Positions 38,861 through 52,766 of a stretch of DNA of 64,000 nucleotides are shown in pieces. Each line of letters opens with the position of its first letter. Position 1 is the stretch's first letter. A program made the translations under genes and the position numbers. Location: NCBI GenBank assembly GCA_964016885.1, contig OZ024740.1, positions 66,340,001 to 66,404,000 of the forward strand. The letters run 5' to 3'. Below the pieces are notes generated by a model. It was not told the DNA's origin. It saw nothing but the letters and a program-made list of their open reading frames with translations, and did no database searches. The DNA is from Eledone cirrhosa (taxonomy: Eukaryota).

Positions 38861-39918
38861 AGATAATTATATATTCGTGTACAGATATTTTTGCATACAC
38901 AATAACAAAATATAAACAAACGTATTTATTTCACGAGGCCATTTTGCTCGTATTATATAACATTGTGAGGCTTATTTCAACAAAGCTGCAACGCTCCTCA
39001 TATTATAATGTGCTCTAGCTAATAATGATAGAATTTGACAATTTAACAATAGCATAAGATTTATTCCAAATAGCATTACAAAAATTTGGTATTTTATATA
39101 ATTTACCCGAATAATATACATTCCACAAACATATCCATCCTATTTCGTAACACATACCGCAAATATAGATTTGTTTCAAAGCCAGAGTGGATTCTTACAA
39201 ATGTATAAAATATATTGTTATGATTTAAAATAATAATGTTTTGAATTATAAATATCCCCGTACATAAGAGTTTATCAGTGTTGGAAAGTGTCTCAATAAC
39301 AATTAAGTTGCACCCACTATCTCTGAATAAATAATACACATTTCACTTTGCTATGTATTTTTAACAAGTTACAACAGATTATAAGAAATGAATATTCATT
39401 CAGAATGATATTAATTGACATTTCTGAGATTTCAAATTAATTCGCATTTCATTACATTTTAGTATTTGTTTTTCATCTTATTAAAGTATTATTGAGTTAA
39501 AACATAAATATTTCATGTTATAGTGATATTAAAATAGATTCATATTACAAGAAATCAATATTCATTTAGGAAGTGCACATAATGATGATATAATTGAAGA
39601 TTGATTAATTTTCCATTTCATACAGTCACAAGTGTAGTACTTAACCGATTCGCACACTTCAAACAACTCTTACAATCGACACCATTCTAATACATATAAG
39701 GCTCATATCAAACAAAGTACGCGCACGCATATAGATACAAACGTTTGGCATATATCATTGTTTTTATTTCGTTCGCTTACTCATCAAAATCCCCTGCTGT
39801 TGCTGCCATTTCGTTTTCCATCTGTCAGTGGTAGGCTAAATAATTTATAGTAGATTAAAACTTCACTGGTGCTTGTGAGTTTATTGGCAGCCTGACCCAC
39901 ACAGGGTAACAAGGTGTA

Positions 39919-40044
<126 letters not shown>

Positions 40045-40089
40045 CATACGTTCAGTAATATGTGTATATACATACATGCACACATATAT

Positions 40090-41046
40090 ACTAGACATGA
40101 AAAATGCGCAAGCTCAAAAGTGCCACAGAATGTTATAATAAACCTTCAAAAGTGTGGGACTAGAGTTGTTGCTAAAAAATATTGTAATCATTATATATCG
40201 TACATTCTGTGGCATCCTTTATAAAAATAGCTTAAACCAACGAAGCCTTTATTTTTACGCTATTTCACTTAGTTAATTCTTAGAGTGTAACATATAAAAA
40301 TATGATTTACAACTATAAAATAAATTAATTAATATAATAACAGAGCTGCGGAGCTGAAATTTAGGAAATAATGGAGTATCGGATCCTGAGTTGGAGCCAG
40401 TCAATTTTTGGCCGACTCCGCAGCCCTGTATAATACATTTCATATTAAAGTTATTAATAAACCTATTTTACACTTCATGCAAATTACCACGAGATATTGA
40501 TATTAGATATAAGATACAGCGCAATATCTACAGCTGTAAAAGTACGAAAGCGAAGTAATAATAAGTGGCTTAAGGTAATTCCAATATGAAAGTTTGTAGT
40601 GATAAAAATTTGATAATGCAATACGATTGTTAATATTATAGTTCTATGAAAATGTAACAATAGATAACTAAATTATTTTACTATTAGTATATTTAAGAAA
40701 TTATCATTATAGATTTGATCGTTCATATAAGCATCATATTAATTTTCAACACAATTATTTTGTTACTATGAGTATATGATAATAATATTACGTAATTATT
40801 TATAGCTGTTATTACATTAAACATAGATGTATTTATTTTTATATGTTACACTCTAAGAATTAACTAAGTGAAATAGCGTAAAAATAAAGGCTTCGTTGGT
40901 TTAAGCTATTTTTATAAAGGATGCCACAGTATGTACGATATATAATGATTACAATATTTTTTAGCAACAACTCTAGTCCCACACATTTGAAGGTTTATTA
41001 TAACATTCTGTGGCACTTTTGAGCTTGCGCATTTTTCATGTCTAGT
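40090..41046. mobile_element. Foldback/MITE-like element with ~210-bp terminal inverted repeats
   Basis: 40090-~40301 is the near-perfect reverse complement of ~40835-41046 (ACTAGACATG...CATGTCTAGT). Confidence 0.8.
40341..40428. mobile_element. hAT-like miniature element
   Basis: TIRs CAGAGCTGCGGAG / CTCCGCAGCCCTG; 8-bp TSD TATAATAA / TATAATAC. Confidence 0.75.
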
Positions 41047-41604
41047 TTAATATTTTTTTAAGGCAACGCTTGTAATAACTCTAGTTAAACAGGATATATA
41101 TTAATAATAAATTATCGTTGTAATGTAATTACATTATGTAATTGTTATTATAAATTAACTTATAAATATTAGTGTAAGATGTATAAAAATATTTTCAGAC
41201 TTTTAATATAAACAACTACAAAAAACAATCAATATTAAATCAATATATTATACATAATAGAAAACATAAAATATACAATACAAAAACAAAATATTTACAT
41301 ACAATTGCAATTATCAGTTTATATACATTTTCTTTATATTCCCTGAGCAAATTAATAAGATTTGTTTTTATTGTACATAATTTGATGACTTGTTGGAGTG
41401 TATTAAAAGATAGCAACAATTTGTGATTAAATTGTTATCTTAAGCAACTCACTTTTTAATAGTTGTTGGCTGAGCGAAATTGTAAAAGCCTATGAGCAAA
41501 TATAAAAAAAAATACACAAACAACATTTCCTTGTGTTATTACAACATTAGATAAAATAATTGAGCCATGTCGTTATATTTTGCTCTTATTGCACATTAAT
41601 AGTG

Positions 41605-41770
41605 TTTCTATTTTTCGGCACAAATCCATTACGACAGTCCATTACTGGTACTTTATTTTATCGAATTAGTAAGTATGAAAGTCGAAGTTAACCTCGGCAG
41701 GATTTGAACTTAGAATGCAAAGGACCATAACAATACTGCAAAGCATGGTGTCTGACGCTCTACCAATACT
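41605..41770 (-). mobile_element. tRNA-derived SINE
   Basis: Family core in reverse complement. Confidence 0.8.
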
Positions 41771-42160
41771 TGTGTTGAGCTGGTCATTAATTTATGGTGG
41801 TCGTGCGTGGAGTAGAGCAATCGCTAGTTGAAATATTATGAACAAAACATTTTTATTTGCCGAAGAACATATTTTCAATACTGTTTGTGAATGTGACGAA
41901 GGAAATACATTCTGATATGGAACAGTGTACAAAGTGTGTCTGTGAATAACATAATGTTACCTCATGTTGTTGTCAAGACATAATGGATTTCGTATATCCA
42001 GTTAGAAGATGAAACCTAGCCATCTCGGATTAGTTATATTTCATGCCATGTGTAAACGTGTTTGAGGATAGCAAAATATGCGCGTTAATTATAATAATTA
42101 GTTAATAATATTACAAAATATACCTAATTAAACTCTTTGCTTGAAATGTTATCATTCTTC

Positions 42161-42225
<65 letters not shown>

Positions 42226-43637
42226 GAGATTTATCTAGTCCTTCGCTCAAGATTAATCTATAAGTTTAGATGTTTGCCTTCGTTTAAGTAAATATTACAG
42301 TAAGATTTTTAATATAAACAACTACAAAAAACAATTAATATTAAAACGAAAAAATTATCAATGATAAAAGAAGCGGATGCAACTTTTTTTTTTATAAAGT
42401 TATATTCCTGTTTCTTTAAAGAACATTTCATTTTTGTTCTATTGTAGGCGAAATAATGCAATGGTTTAATAGGGAAGATATAACTTACGAATTATGTCTC
42501 TAACCGTGTAACGCTTTTTAAGTAGATAACTACAATTGAAAATACTAAAGAAATGGAACCAACAATTCAATTTGAAAGTCGTCTAGTGACAGTGTATTAC
42601 TGGTACTTTATTTTATTGACCCCGTAACGATGAAAGGCAAAAATGCAAATGCTTAAAATTTAAATTGCCTTAATTCTATCGTCTGCTGTTTCATTAAAGG
42701 GAGATTCTCGTCTGTATTTAATTCTATCGTCTACTGTTCCACTAAACAGATATACCTCCACTATCGTCTCTATTTATACATTTTAACTTATAACTTATAC
42801 ACATTTGATTTGAAATATTTTATCTAGTCCCCCCTCTCAATATTATGATGATTTCTTTCGAATGAAACAGTTCTAGTCCTGTAGAAGCCATTTATATATA
42901 TAATTGAACTGAGTTAAAAATTCACAATATTTATAATTAAATAAGCTCATATATATATGTGTGTATTTATCTGTTTATTGTATTATATATAATGTGTGTA
43001 TATACAGGATGTCCCTCAAAAATATATACACACTTCAACAGCATTCTAATAACTATTGCCTGTACAGGTAATCAAAGTGTCAATCGAATGTTAGTTTCGT
43101 GTTTTGACGGTACAGATTTACAATACACACATAAAACCAGTGTATATACATACATGAGTGTGTATACACATACATGAATGTGTATATACAATATATATGT
43201 ATATATATATAGACACATATATTCACGGTGCAACGGTACATTAAAATATAGATGCGGGAGAGGGGGGGGGGGTGTATATATAGGGGCGCTGGGGATAAAG
43301 GAGTGTAAAGCGTGTGTAATTGATATATTGAAGGAGAGGAGCGTGCAGCGATAGAGTAACAAATATATAGAGAGGGGGAGAGATGGTATTGAAGGGGAGG
43401 AGTGCAAAGCGAAAGAGTAAGAGATATATATAGAGACGGAACAGATAGAGAGAAACAGGCGTAAGTAACAGTGGAAGAGATATAGAGAGAGGTACTCTGA
43501 TTGGTTGAAAATTAGCCAATGACATACGATCACCACCACCACGGCTATCCCCGAAAATTTTTTAAAGAAGCTAGGCATATATGTTAGAACACGAAAAGTG
43601 AACATTCTGTTGTTTCACACTTTTCGTGTTCTAACAG

Positions 43638-43991
43638 ATATATGTACGTATGGATTCACCAAACATTTATTATAATGCTCGGTGTGTTTGTAAACTGACG
43701 ATAGCTAATAACCTTGAAACTAGTATAGCGTTCCTTTGTCAGTTGAAGAAATGAGCAACGATGGTTGCTAGACACTACGGCTTAATTCGAAATGTTTGTT
43801 TACAAACACACCGAGCATTATAATAAATGTTCGGTGAATCCATACGTACATATATATATATGTGTGCATGTATTTATATATATACATACTACTGTACGTC
43901 TGTATACATTTATGTATGTACGTATACATATTTATATTTAAGTAACAGCAGTACTAAGAGTGAGAAATGAAATTTCGTATCATTTTTTTAC

Positions 43992-44058
<67 letters not shown>

Positions 44059-44712
44059 TATAATTATATATGGAAAAAATGAAACGAAATTTCATTTCTC
44101 ACTCTTAGTATTAAATATCAGTATGTATATATACGTACATACATATATGTATACAGACGTACAGAAGTATGTATATATATACATACATGCACACATATAT
44201 ATATGTACGTATGGATTTACCGACCATTTATTATAAAGCTCGATTTGTTTGTAAACAAGCATCCCGAATTAAGCCGTACAATGTTTAGCAACTATCGTTG
44301 CTCTTTTGTTCAACACTGTCAAAGGAACGATGTACTAGTTTCAAGCCTATTACGTATCGTCAGCACCGTATACCTTCCAGCCAGATGACTGAAGTCTGAA
44401 GGTATATACTTTCCGTATGCATATTAACGGCTGAGCAGCCTAATTTGCATATCGAATGAGTTAATCGGCCGAGCGCACCGAAAACGATAAATGGAATAAA
44501 TGAAACGAAATTTCATTTCTCACTCTTAGTACGGCTGTTACCTAAATATAAGTAATTAATTCGGGATGTTTGTTTACAAAGAAACCGAGCATTATAATAA
44601 ATGCTCGGTAAATCCATACGTACATATATATATGTGTGCATGTATGTATATATATACATACTACTGTACGTCTGTATACATATATATATGTACGTATATA
44701 TACATACTTATA
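43638..44712. mobile_element. Family A hammerhead repeat with multiple inversions
   Basis: 43640-43997 nearly duplicates 14705-15058. HHR core on + at 43695-43730 and on - at 44327-44369. Confidence 0.75.
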
Positions 44713-44808
44713 TTATAGTTATATATTCTTTTACTCTTTTACCTGTTTCAGCCATCCGGCTGAGGCCATGCTGGGTCACCACCCTTGATATCTATATATA
44801 TACAACAA

Positions 44809-45505
44809 GGAAGTACAGCATAATCGATGCTCTGGTTGCAGCCAAGCTAACGAATGCAGTCTGGATGTACAGCTAAGCACTCGATAAAAAATGTTACCAT
44901 GGAGTTATAACATTACTTTTAAACAGCCATGCAAATTGAAGACAACGACCGATAAGCAAGTCGCTAGGACCAGAACAACGAACAAAACCGATTCAGGAAA
45001 ATGTTGAGACACCTGGACCATCGTGTTGATTTTATATATCTCCGCTAGGTTTCTGTAAATCTGAAATCAAAAAAATCCAGTTGCAGGTGCCTGCACATTA
45101 TTGGTCTTGGAAGATAGAACAGTGGAATTTACTTCGTCAACTAGTTTTCGTCCTGCCACCCCGGTTGTGAGAACTAGCAGTAAAAACCGCGAGTAGTCAC
45201 GTGGTTTTCCCGAAAGGAGGTAAAGCCCTGTTTTGGCGGTCAAATTTAAAATGTGAACAAAGGAATTAAATCCTTTACACAACCCGAATAAAAGTTCTCA
45301 ACTAGATGTTATTTAACAAACAATTAACCAATCTATAGAATTGTCTAATTAAATTAATCAATTAATCATTGTGCCTAGGGCTTAATAATACAAAAAAGGG
45401 AAGTACAGCATAATCACGCTCTGGTTGCAACCAAGGTAATGAATGCAGTCGAGAGGTGCAGCTAAGCACTCAATAATGAATGTTACCTTAGAGTTATAAC
45501 ATTAC
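44809..45505. repeat. ~108-bp direct terminal repeats (period 590) between (TA)n tracts
   Basis: 44809-44916 resembles 45399-45505. Confidence 0.7.
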
Positions 45506-45822
45506 ATATATATATATATATATATAAGTGGAAAATAGAAATAGAAATAAATACACCTGGAATGTCTGGTTCTGTCAATGGAAATTAAGTGCAAAGATAT
45601 CGTATTCCGGAGCTTAATAACATGGCAATACTTCAGAAGCAACAATACATATGAGAAGGCATATTATAATAAAGAATAAAAACTTATTACTTACATTACT
45701 ACACAGACACAGCCACACACACACACTCTCACAAGTGCACACACGCACACACACGCACACACACACACACACACATACACACACACACATATATATATAT
45801 ACATACATACATATATATATAC

Positions 45823-45853
<31 letters not shown>

Positions 45854-46338
45854 CACACACTTACACACACACACACACATGCATCTATATATATATATAT
45901 ATAAATATAAATTCAGCGACAATCGTATTTCGGCTGGTAGAAAAAGCGAAACGAAACGCGAAATCGTAGTAATGCTGGCAAGCGCTGCAATAGTTAAGAA
46001 AACTAGAACTAAACAATCTCTTGAAACGCCATACAAACTGAAAAGTGGTCAAGAAGGCATTAACAACCTAAGCCAAAAACCAAATCAAGCTAAACAGGTC
46101 AAACAAAATAAATGATAAAAACAGACCTGGGCCCAAGTGGAATTGATGGTAAAATCCAAATGCAAGGTTTCTATGACACGTAAATCAATAATACTCTCTG
46201 CTTAAAACTATAAAATTTCAGCATAAAGATCGAACAAGGAATATCACGTTATCAACAGGTATTTTTCTCTGTAACCAACTTTGCGAGTAACGCAGAAACT
46301 TTGTAAAAGCACATGTGTAAGTCACAAGGGGACATTCC

Positions 46339-46376
<38 letters not shown>

Positions 46377-46411
46377 AAATGTGGATCCCGACGGCTGAGC
46401 TCCGGCCGTCT

Positions 46412-46459
<48 letters not shown>

Positions 46460-46484
46460 TATATATATGATATATATATATATA

Positions 46485-47400
46485 TATGATGGACTCTCCC
46501 GTCGACATCCGACGTATGAGTGTGCAAGAAAAGTTCAGCTCTCTGGATGGCGGTGTCTCATGTGACATTTCAATCCCACCAGTGCCTCACAGACCAAGCC
46601 ACTTAGGTCTCAAGTGCAAGAGTTTATGGAGAGTATTGCAGGTATCAAGGCCCGTTGCTTCGTCCCTGTTCGGTCAACACGCATTTTCTCTATGCGACTG
46701 GATTCAAAGCTCTTGATCGCACCATGGCACCTTTCTCTGCAGTCCATTCTGTCAGCAGCAATTTCTTCACAATCACGGAAAAGGGATTGCAAGAGCAGTG
46801 AGATTTGATTTTAACTGATATCGTAGTCATGGTCTACCAACCTCCCTGTTTTCGCTGCTAAGATGACCATACATGAGGACGTTTGGAATTCTGTCGTCAC
46901 TCATGCGAATGACATAGCCAGCCCAACGAAGTTGAGATTGCATAAAGAAAGTTTCAATTCCCCCAATGCTGCATTTGGTTAGGCTATCGGCGTTGGAGAT
47001 TTTATCTTCTCGTACATGACCACAGATGAATTTCAAACCTCTCTCGTGGAACACATCCGGCTGGTTTATGTGTGACCTGTATGGTGTCCTGGATTCTGAT
47101 CCAAATAGTATGTGGTGAGAACAACTGCCTTATACAATTGCACTTTCATATTAAGTTTTGGTCTCTTTCATTCCAAAGACGATGATTAAGTTTACCAAAC
47201 GCAGAGGAAGCTTTGGAGGTGCGGTTGGTGACATCATCATCAAGCGAAGCAGTGGGGTTCACCTTGCTTCCTAAGTATGTGAAATTATCATCATAAATCT
47301 ATTGCTTCTCCTTTACCATCTGTTAGATGATAATCCATGAACCGGTGGTTTCTGCTTCACACCTCTTATGGTTTTCGGAGAAGGATGAGATTGATGTACG
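46485..47400 (-). mobile_element. RTE/BovB-type LINE 3' fragment
   Basis: YLGSKV...KASSAFGKL...SQLRWAGYVIRMSDDRIP motifs on the minus strand. Confidence 0.85.
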
Positions 47401-47544
47401 ACCGAGGTGTTCTTAATACTGATAGTAATTATATATATATATATGGAATATATATATATATATAATAATATTACTATTTATAGTTATGTATATAGTATAT
47501 AAACAACTATAAAAAAAGGAAAGGTCAGTAATTTTCTACTACCT

Positions 47545-50500
47545 TATTACCAGTAAGAGATATAGCTCAATATACAAGGAGGGATATCAATCTTACAGAG
47601 ATAGTGCTCTTCTCAATACGTGTGCAGTCAAAACAATTTTTTTGCACCTCGTTACGTTGATCTTTTATAATGATGTCAGGTCTATTTGCATTTATGGTCC
47701 TGTCAGTATTTACAGGAAAGTCCCAGAGAATTGTTACTTTTTCTCCTTCAGTTACAGCCTCAGGGTGATGATTGTGCCACCTGTCTTCAGCTTTGATTTT
47801 GTAATGCCGACATATTACCCAGTGTAGATATTGGCCAACTCTGTCATGTCTATATTTGTATTCTACTGGTTCTAAAACTTTACATCCAGTGACTAAGTGA
47901 TCCACTGTTTCACCCCAGCATTGCAGAATCGGCACTTTGGGTTTATTCCGTTTCCCACACATTGGCCTGGTAATTACGAGTCAATAAGCTTTGATCTTAG
48001 GCAGCTAAGATGAAGACTTCCCTCTCCGCCTTTAGCCCTGAACTACGTAGCCACTGATGGGTGTGCTTTTGGTCAACATCAGCTTATTTGCTACGGACCA
48101 CATATTTGCCATGCAGAGGTTTCTGCTGCCAATTTTCTGCTAATTGTCCTTGCCTTTTTGCTTTTGTCAGTGATTTTATGTGCCTAGCAGCATCAGTTGC
48201 AACAGTTTCTTTAGTCTGTCCAGCCGGGGTATCAAGCATGAGATCAGTAGCATATTTTTTGCTCACCTTCTAGATAGAATGAAGCTTCTTACTTCTCTCA
48301 TGCTTTTCACAAGTTTCAGCATACAGTCGTTAGTTGTTTCAAAGTATTTGGCCAGTCCAATGATGGTGGTCTTGTAAGATAGTTCAAATTGGATCAGTTC
48401 ACGGTCTGCTTGAGTTCTAGGAAGGTAAAGACAATCCACATCTGCTTTTGGGTGGTGCATCTTATTACAGGTCTGTAGCTTATGGACTTTGCTGTCGATT
48501 ATTTTGATTTCACTCATATTCCAGTCCAACACACCGAAGCTATATGTGACAGCTGGGACTGCCAAGGAATTTATGGTTAGCACCTTGTTACGAGCGTTTA
48601 GTTCTGATCTCAGAACTGCACGTACTCTCCTGTAACATTCTTTCCTTATCATCTCTTTTATACTTGCTTGCGCTATGCCAGAGCCCTCATTAATACTTAA
48701 GTATTTATAAGTTTCTTCTTGCTCAAGTTCCTTTATGATTGTTTCAGCATCCAATTCAACTAAGTCTGAGTTGACAAGCTTCCCCTTCTTGAAAGTGGCG
48801 TTTGCACACTTGTCAAGTCCAACCTCCATCCTGATGTCATCGCTAAACGTTTATACTGTCCGCAAAAGGCCTTCCAGTTCGTCATTATCTTTGCAATATA
48901 GCTTCAAATCATCCATATAAAATAGGAGGGTTCTTTTGTTGTTGTCTATTTTATAACCGTACCCAGTTCTATTAAGCTCGGATGTAAGGGGTATTAAAGC
49001 TATCCAGAAAAGCAAGGGTGAAAGTGAGTCACCCTGGAATATACCACAGTTGATGTTTATATTCCTAGAGCACTGTACCCCAGTGGAATGAGACAGTTTG
49101 AGATTTGTGTTCCATAATGACATATTGTGTTTCAGGAAGTTTGAGATCACAGGTGAGATTTTGAAGATGTTCAGTGATTTCAGAATCCATGAGTGTGGTA
49201 TGCTGTCAAAGGCTTTTTTACAATCGATACATGCAGAACTGAGATGTCTGTGTTTATTATTACCGTTCTCAGGGATCATACGATTAATCAAAAGTTGATC
49301 TTTGCAACCATATGAACCTCGTCGGCACCCTTTTTGTTCAATGGGCAAAATATTGTTCTCCAAATACACGTATGCTTTTTCCATGAGAATAGAGGTTACT
49401 AGTTTATAAGTGGTGGACAAGCAGGTTATGGGCCGATAGTTTTTTGGATATATGGTTTCGTTATTCTTTGGTAGAAGGTAGGTAATGCCACTTGCTATCC
49501 AATCAGGTGTATTTTTTGGATCTTTCATAATTCCATTAAACAGCTTGACCAATAGATTGTGATTGCACGGGAGTGAGGAAAGCCAGAAATTTGGCACCCT
49601 GTCTCTACCAGGAGATTTCCATTTAAGAGATTTATTTAGTGATGTCCTTAAGTCCGCTATAGAGATGTCTTCCCACGCCTGTTCTTCTGAATTTGTGTAG
49701 GATTTTTCCAGGCGACTAATCTAATCTACATTAGTATTATATGGCTTCTCCTCACTCCAAATCTTAGTCCAGATGTTTTTGTTGGAACTATTGCTTCTCT
49801 AGAAGACAGTCCATATTTTCTCTTTAGCTTTATTACCTTCTTGGATCTTATATAATTTCCAGCGGTTAACTCACTCAATAAAGATATTTCTCCTCTCATT
49901 ACGTCAATCTCCCTTTCGATTCTACTCCTCCAAATTGGTTTATCTCGATTGTTCGACTCTTTTGTTTTTTTTTGGTGGTAAACAACTTGTTTCAATTACT
50001 CTAGCAGTTGGATAAATTATTTCATTTAACTCAGTAATATCACGTTCTTGTTCTTCTATGCTTTCTCTTGTCACAGAATTACCAATCATTATTTGTTTTC
50101 TATTTTGGATTGTATTTGGGAGTGTTTGAAGTGGTTCTCCATCATTTATACTAGAATGTCTTACTACTGCAAGCTCATTCAGTATTTTTTGCTTTAATTC
50201 CTTCATAGTCTCCCTGTGTTCTTCAGCAGATATTTGGATTTCAATTACTGTTTCTAAGTCCCTCTCCTGGCTATTTTCAGCGGGTTCAATAAGGCTTATC
50301 ATTTCTACAAACCTATTTGTATTTGGTCAGATGGAGGTCTTTCACTAAATACTTAGGACTTGTTACTATCTCTATGAGATTCTTCAGTTATTTCATCATT
50401 TATATTTATGTCATTCTCCACAGCCTGCTTGGTCGCAGTTAGTTCAGTGTCTGTGAGTCTATTATTTCTGAAAATATACCTCCTTACATTTGTCAACTTA

Positions 50501-50860
50501 TTTCCATCCATATCACGTCTGCTAGCTTGATTCCGAGTTTTCCAGCTTTTGTAGAAGTTTAAAGTGTGCCTGTCTTGTGATGGCTTACCTAATGCATAGT
50601 AATATGCATATGTTACTTCTTTATACTCTTCTCGGGTCCATTTCATCCTTTTAGGTTTTTCTTTTTGAGGTGGTTTGGGTGGTGGATCTGGAGGGCTCGA
50701 GTTGGGGCAATCCCCGATCAAGTGACCATCCAGTCCATAATTGGAGAAGAGTTTGTGCTAGAGGAGGACTTTTCGATCTCAGGTTGGCACCTTCCTGAGG
50801 GATGCGCTTCCTGATTAACCATAGGAAAAGCGATTTGGTATTGTGTATTAATTTTTTATT
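47545..50860 (-). pseudogene. Degenerate R4/Dong-clade LINE (second subfamily)
   Basis: Fragmented ORFs: KRMKWTREE, NYRPITCL, GIFQGDSLSPLLF, FYMDDLKLY, ETVDHLVTGC, RHD, RPDII. Confidence 0.9.
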
Positions 50861-51764
50861 TGTTCATCTCGCCGTATTACATGCTTGCGTTACGCATGTT
50901 ATTGGACGTACATGAAATGTTGCCCCGCTCTTTGGGTAGTGCATTTGCTGGCTGGCACTGAGATCACTATTACTATTATAACAGTATAGTTATGGTCATT
51001 GCTGTTGTTGATTGAGGTGATATTGATATGGTTGCTGCTGTAAGAGGTGTACAATAATTTTCTCAACTGTTCTTGTTGTGTGAGTGGTGTTGGTGTTGGT
51101 GGCAGGGAGATTAATGCTGGGGGTGGAGGGTGCTGGGAGTGGTGGTTGGTAGGGTGAGATTGTAGCTTATAGAAGTTGTTTCTCCTGTATTTTGGGCGGT
51201 GGATTGACAGTATCGGTAGAGTGTCGGTCGCCATGCTTTGACGCAAAATGTTACGGCTCTTGCCATAAATGGTGTAAATGGAGGAGTGGGGCTAGTATTC
51301 TTTTTTTTCTTCCCCTTTGTTTTGTCCTTTGTGTGGACTCGATACATATACATAAATATACATTCACATGTGCATACTTCACACACGTATGTATATACAC
51401 ACATATATATATACCCACACATTAGACGCTGAGAATGGAGGTAGGTAGCATTTAGTGGCATTAGTCTAAAAATAGATTGGGGATTTACTGGTGTGAATGT
51501 GTGAGGAGGTGGTTGTGAATGTGGTGGTGAGACAGTGGAGTGATATTTCAACTGTCTCTTTTCCTTTCAAAATCTGAAATTCAGCCTCAATCGACCAAAA
51601 TGTAAAAAAAGAAAAAAACTTGTATTGGGGAAATATTTAAAAATATATATATGCACCTTTCACATCTTCATCCACAGAGATGATTGCATAATAATTAGTC
51701 GGGCTTTTGATTAAACAACTTATCCCCAGAACTAAACAGTGTGTTTTCCGTTTCTTTTCTTCAA

Positions 51765-51952
51765 ATAATTGTTTCTACTTTTGGCACAAGGCCAGCAATT
51801 AATCCAGTGTATTACTGGTACTTTATTTTATCGACCCCGTAAGGATGAAAGGCAAAGTTAACTTCGGCGGGATTTGAACTCAGATCATAAAGGGCCGTAA
51901 CTCTTTGCTGCAAAGCATGGCGTCCGACCCTGTACCGATACTGCCAATCCAC
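51765..51952 (-). mobile_element. tRNA-derived SINE
   Basis: Near-consensus copy in reverse complement. Confidence 0.88.
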
Positions 51953-52602
51953 AAATAATAATATGTAAACAGCGATTGTAATGGGTAAATATATACAAAT
52001 ATTTATGCAGTTCTCACAAATAGTGTCAAATTATTTGTAGAGATAAGTGGTGAAATAATTTGTCGAATTTTTGTGTTAGGGAATACCAAATTAAACAAAA
52101 TTTACTCCTCGAAGAAAGCACCTGTGTCATCCGGTCTACGACAGTTTCTCTTCTTCAAATAGTTTATTTTTAAGTTCAAAGAGCGAGCGTCTGTATGTGT
52201 TTTGTGTACATTTTACGTTTTGTTTATAACACATGTATGTGTAATATAATCAATAGAGTCTGTTACTTACGTATATCGTATAGAGTATGTTACTTACGTA
52301 TATCGTATATCGTTTTTTTTACGTATATCGTTTTTCTTTTTGTTTTGATTTAAAATTCTGAGTAGTGGTGCGGCTGATATTCAGTTTCTATATTTACACA
52401 TGTGGTCCGTTATTTTATGAAGAAAGTCATGATCTAAGGACGATCCGTGTACAAAATTTATTTCTTGTAGGCTTCTTTGGAATTCGTCCATTGTTTCCAC
52501 TTCGTTTTCTTAGTGTTTTTATTATTGTTTTGTCGATGGTGTTCGGTTTATTTCAAATCTTGTGGGGAGCTTCGTTATGGGCGTCCATGATGTAATTATT
52601 AT

Positions 52603-52766
52603 TGGACGCCTTCCAGCATAGTTACGTCCCTTTACGATCTGAGTTCAAATCCCGCCGAGGTTGACTTTGCCATTCATCCTTACGGGGTCGATAAAATAAA
52701 GTACCAGTAATGCACTGGTTAATTGCTGGCCTTTTGCCTAACGTAGAAACAATTATTATTATTATT
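52603..52766 (+). mobile_element. tRNA-derived SINE (5'-truncated) with (ATT)n tail
   Basis: B box and family core, directly followed by a Tx1-like element. Confidence 0.85.

Noticed and set aside
43003-43040. TA|CAGGATGTCCC mariner-like terminus
   Set aside because: No partner TIR found.
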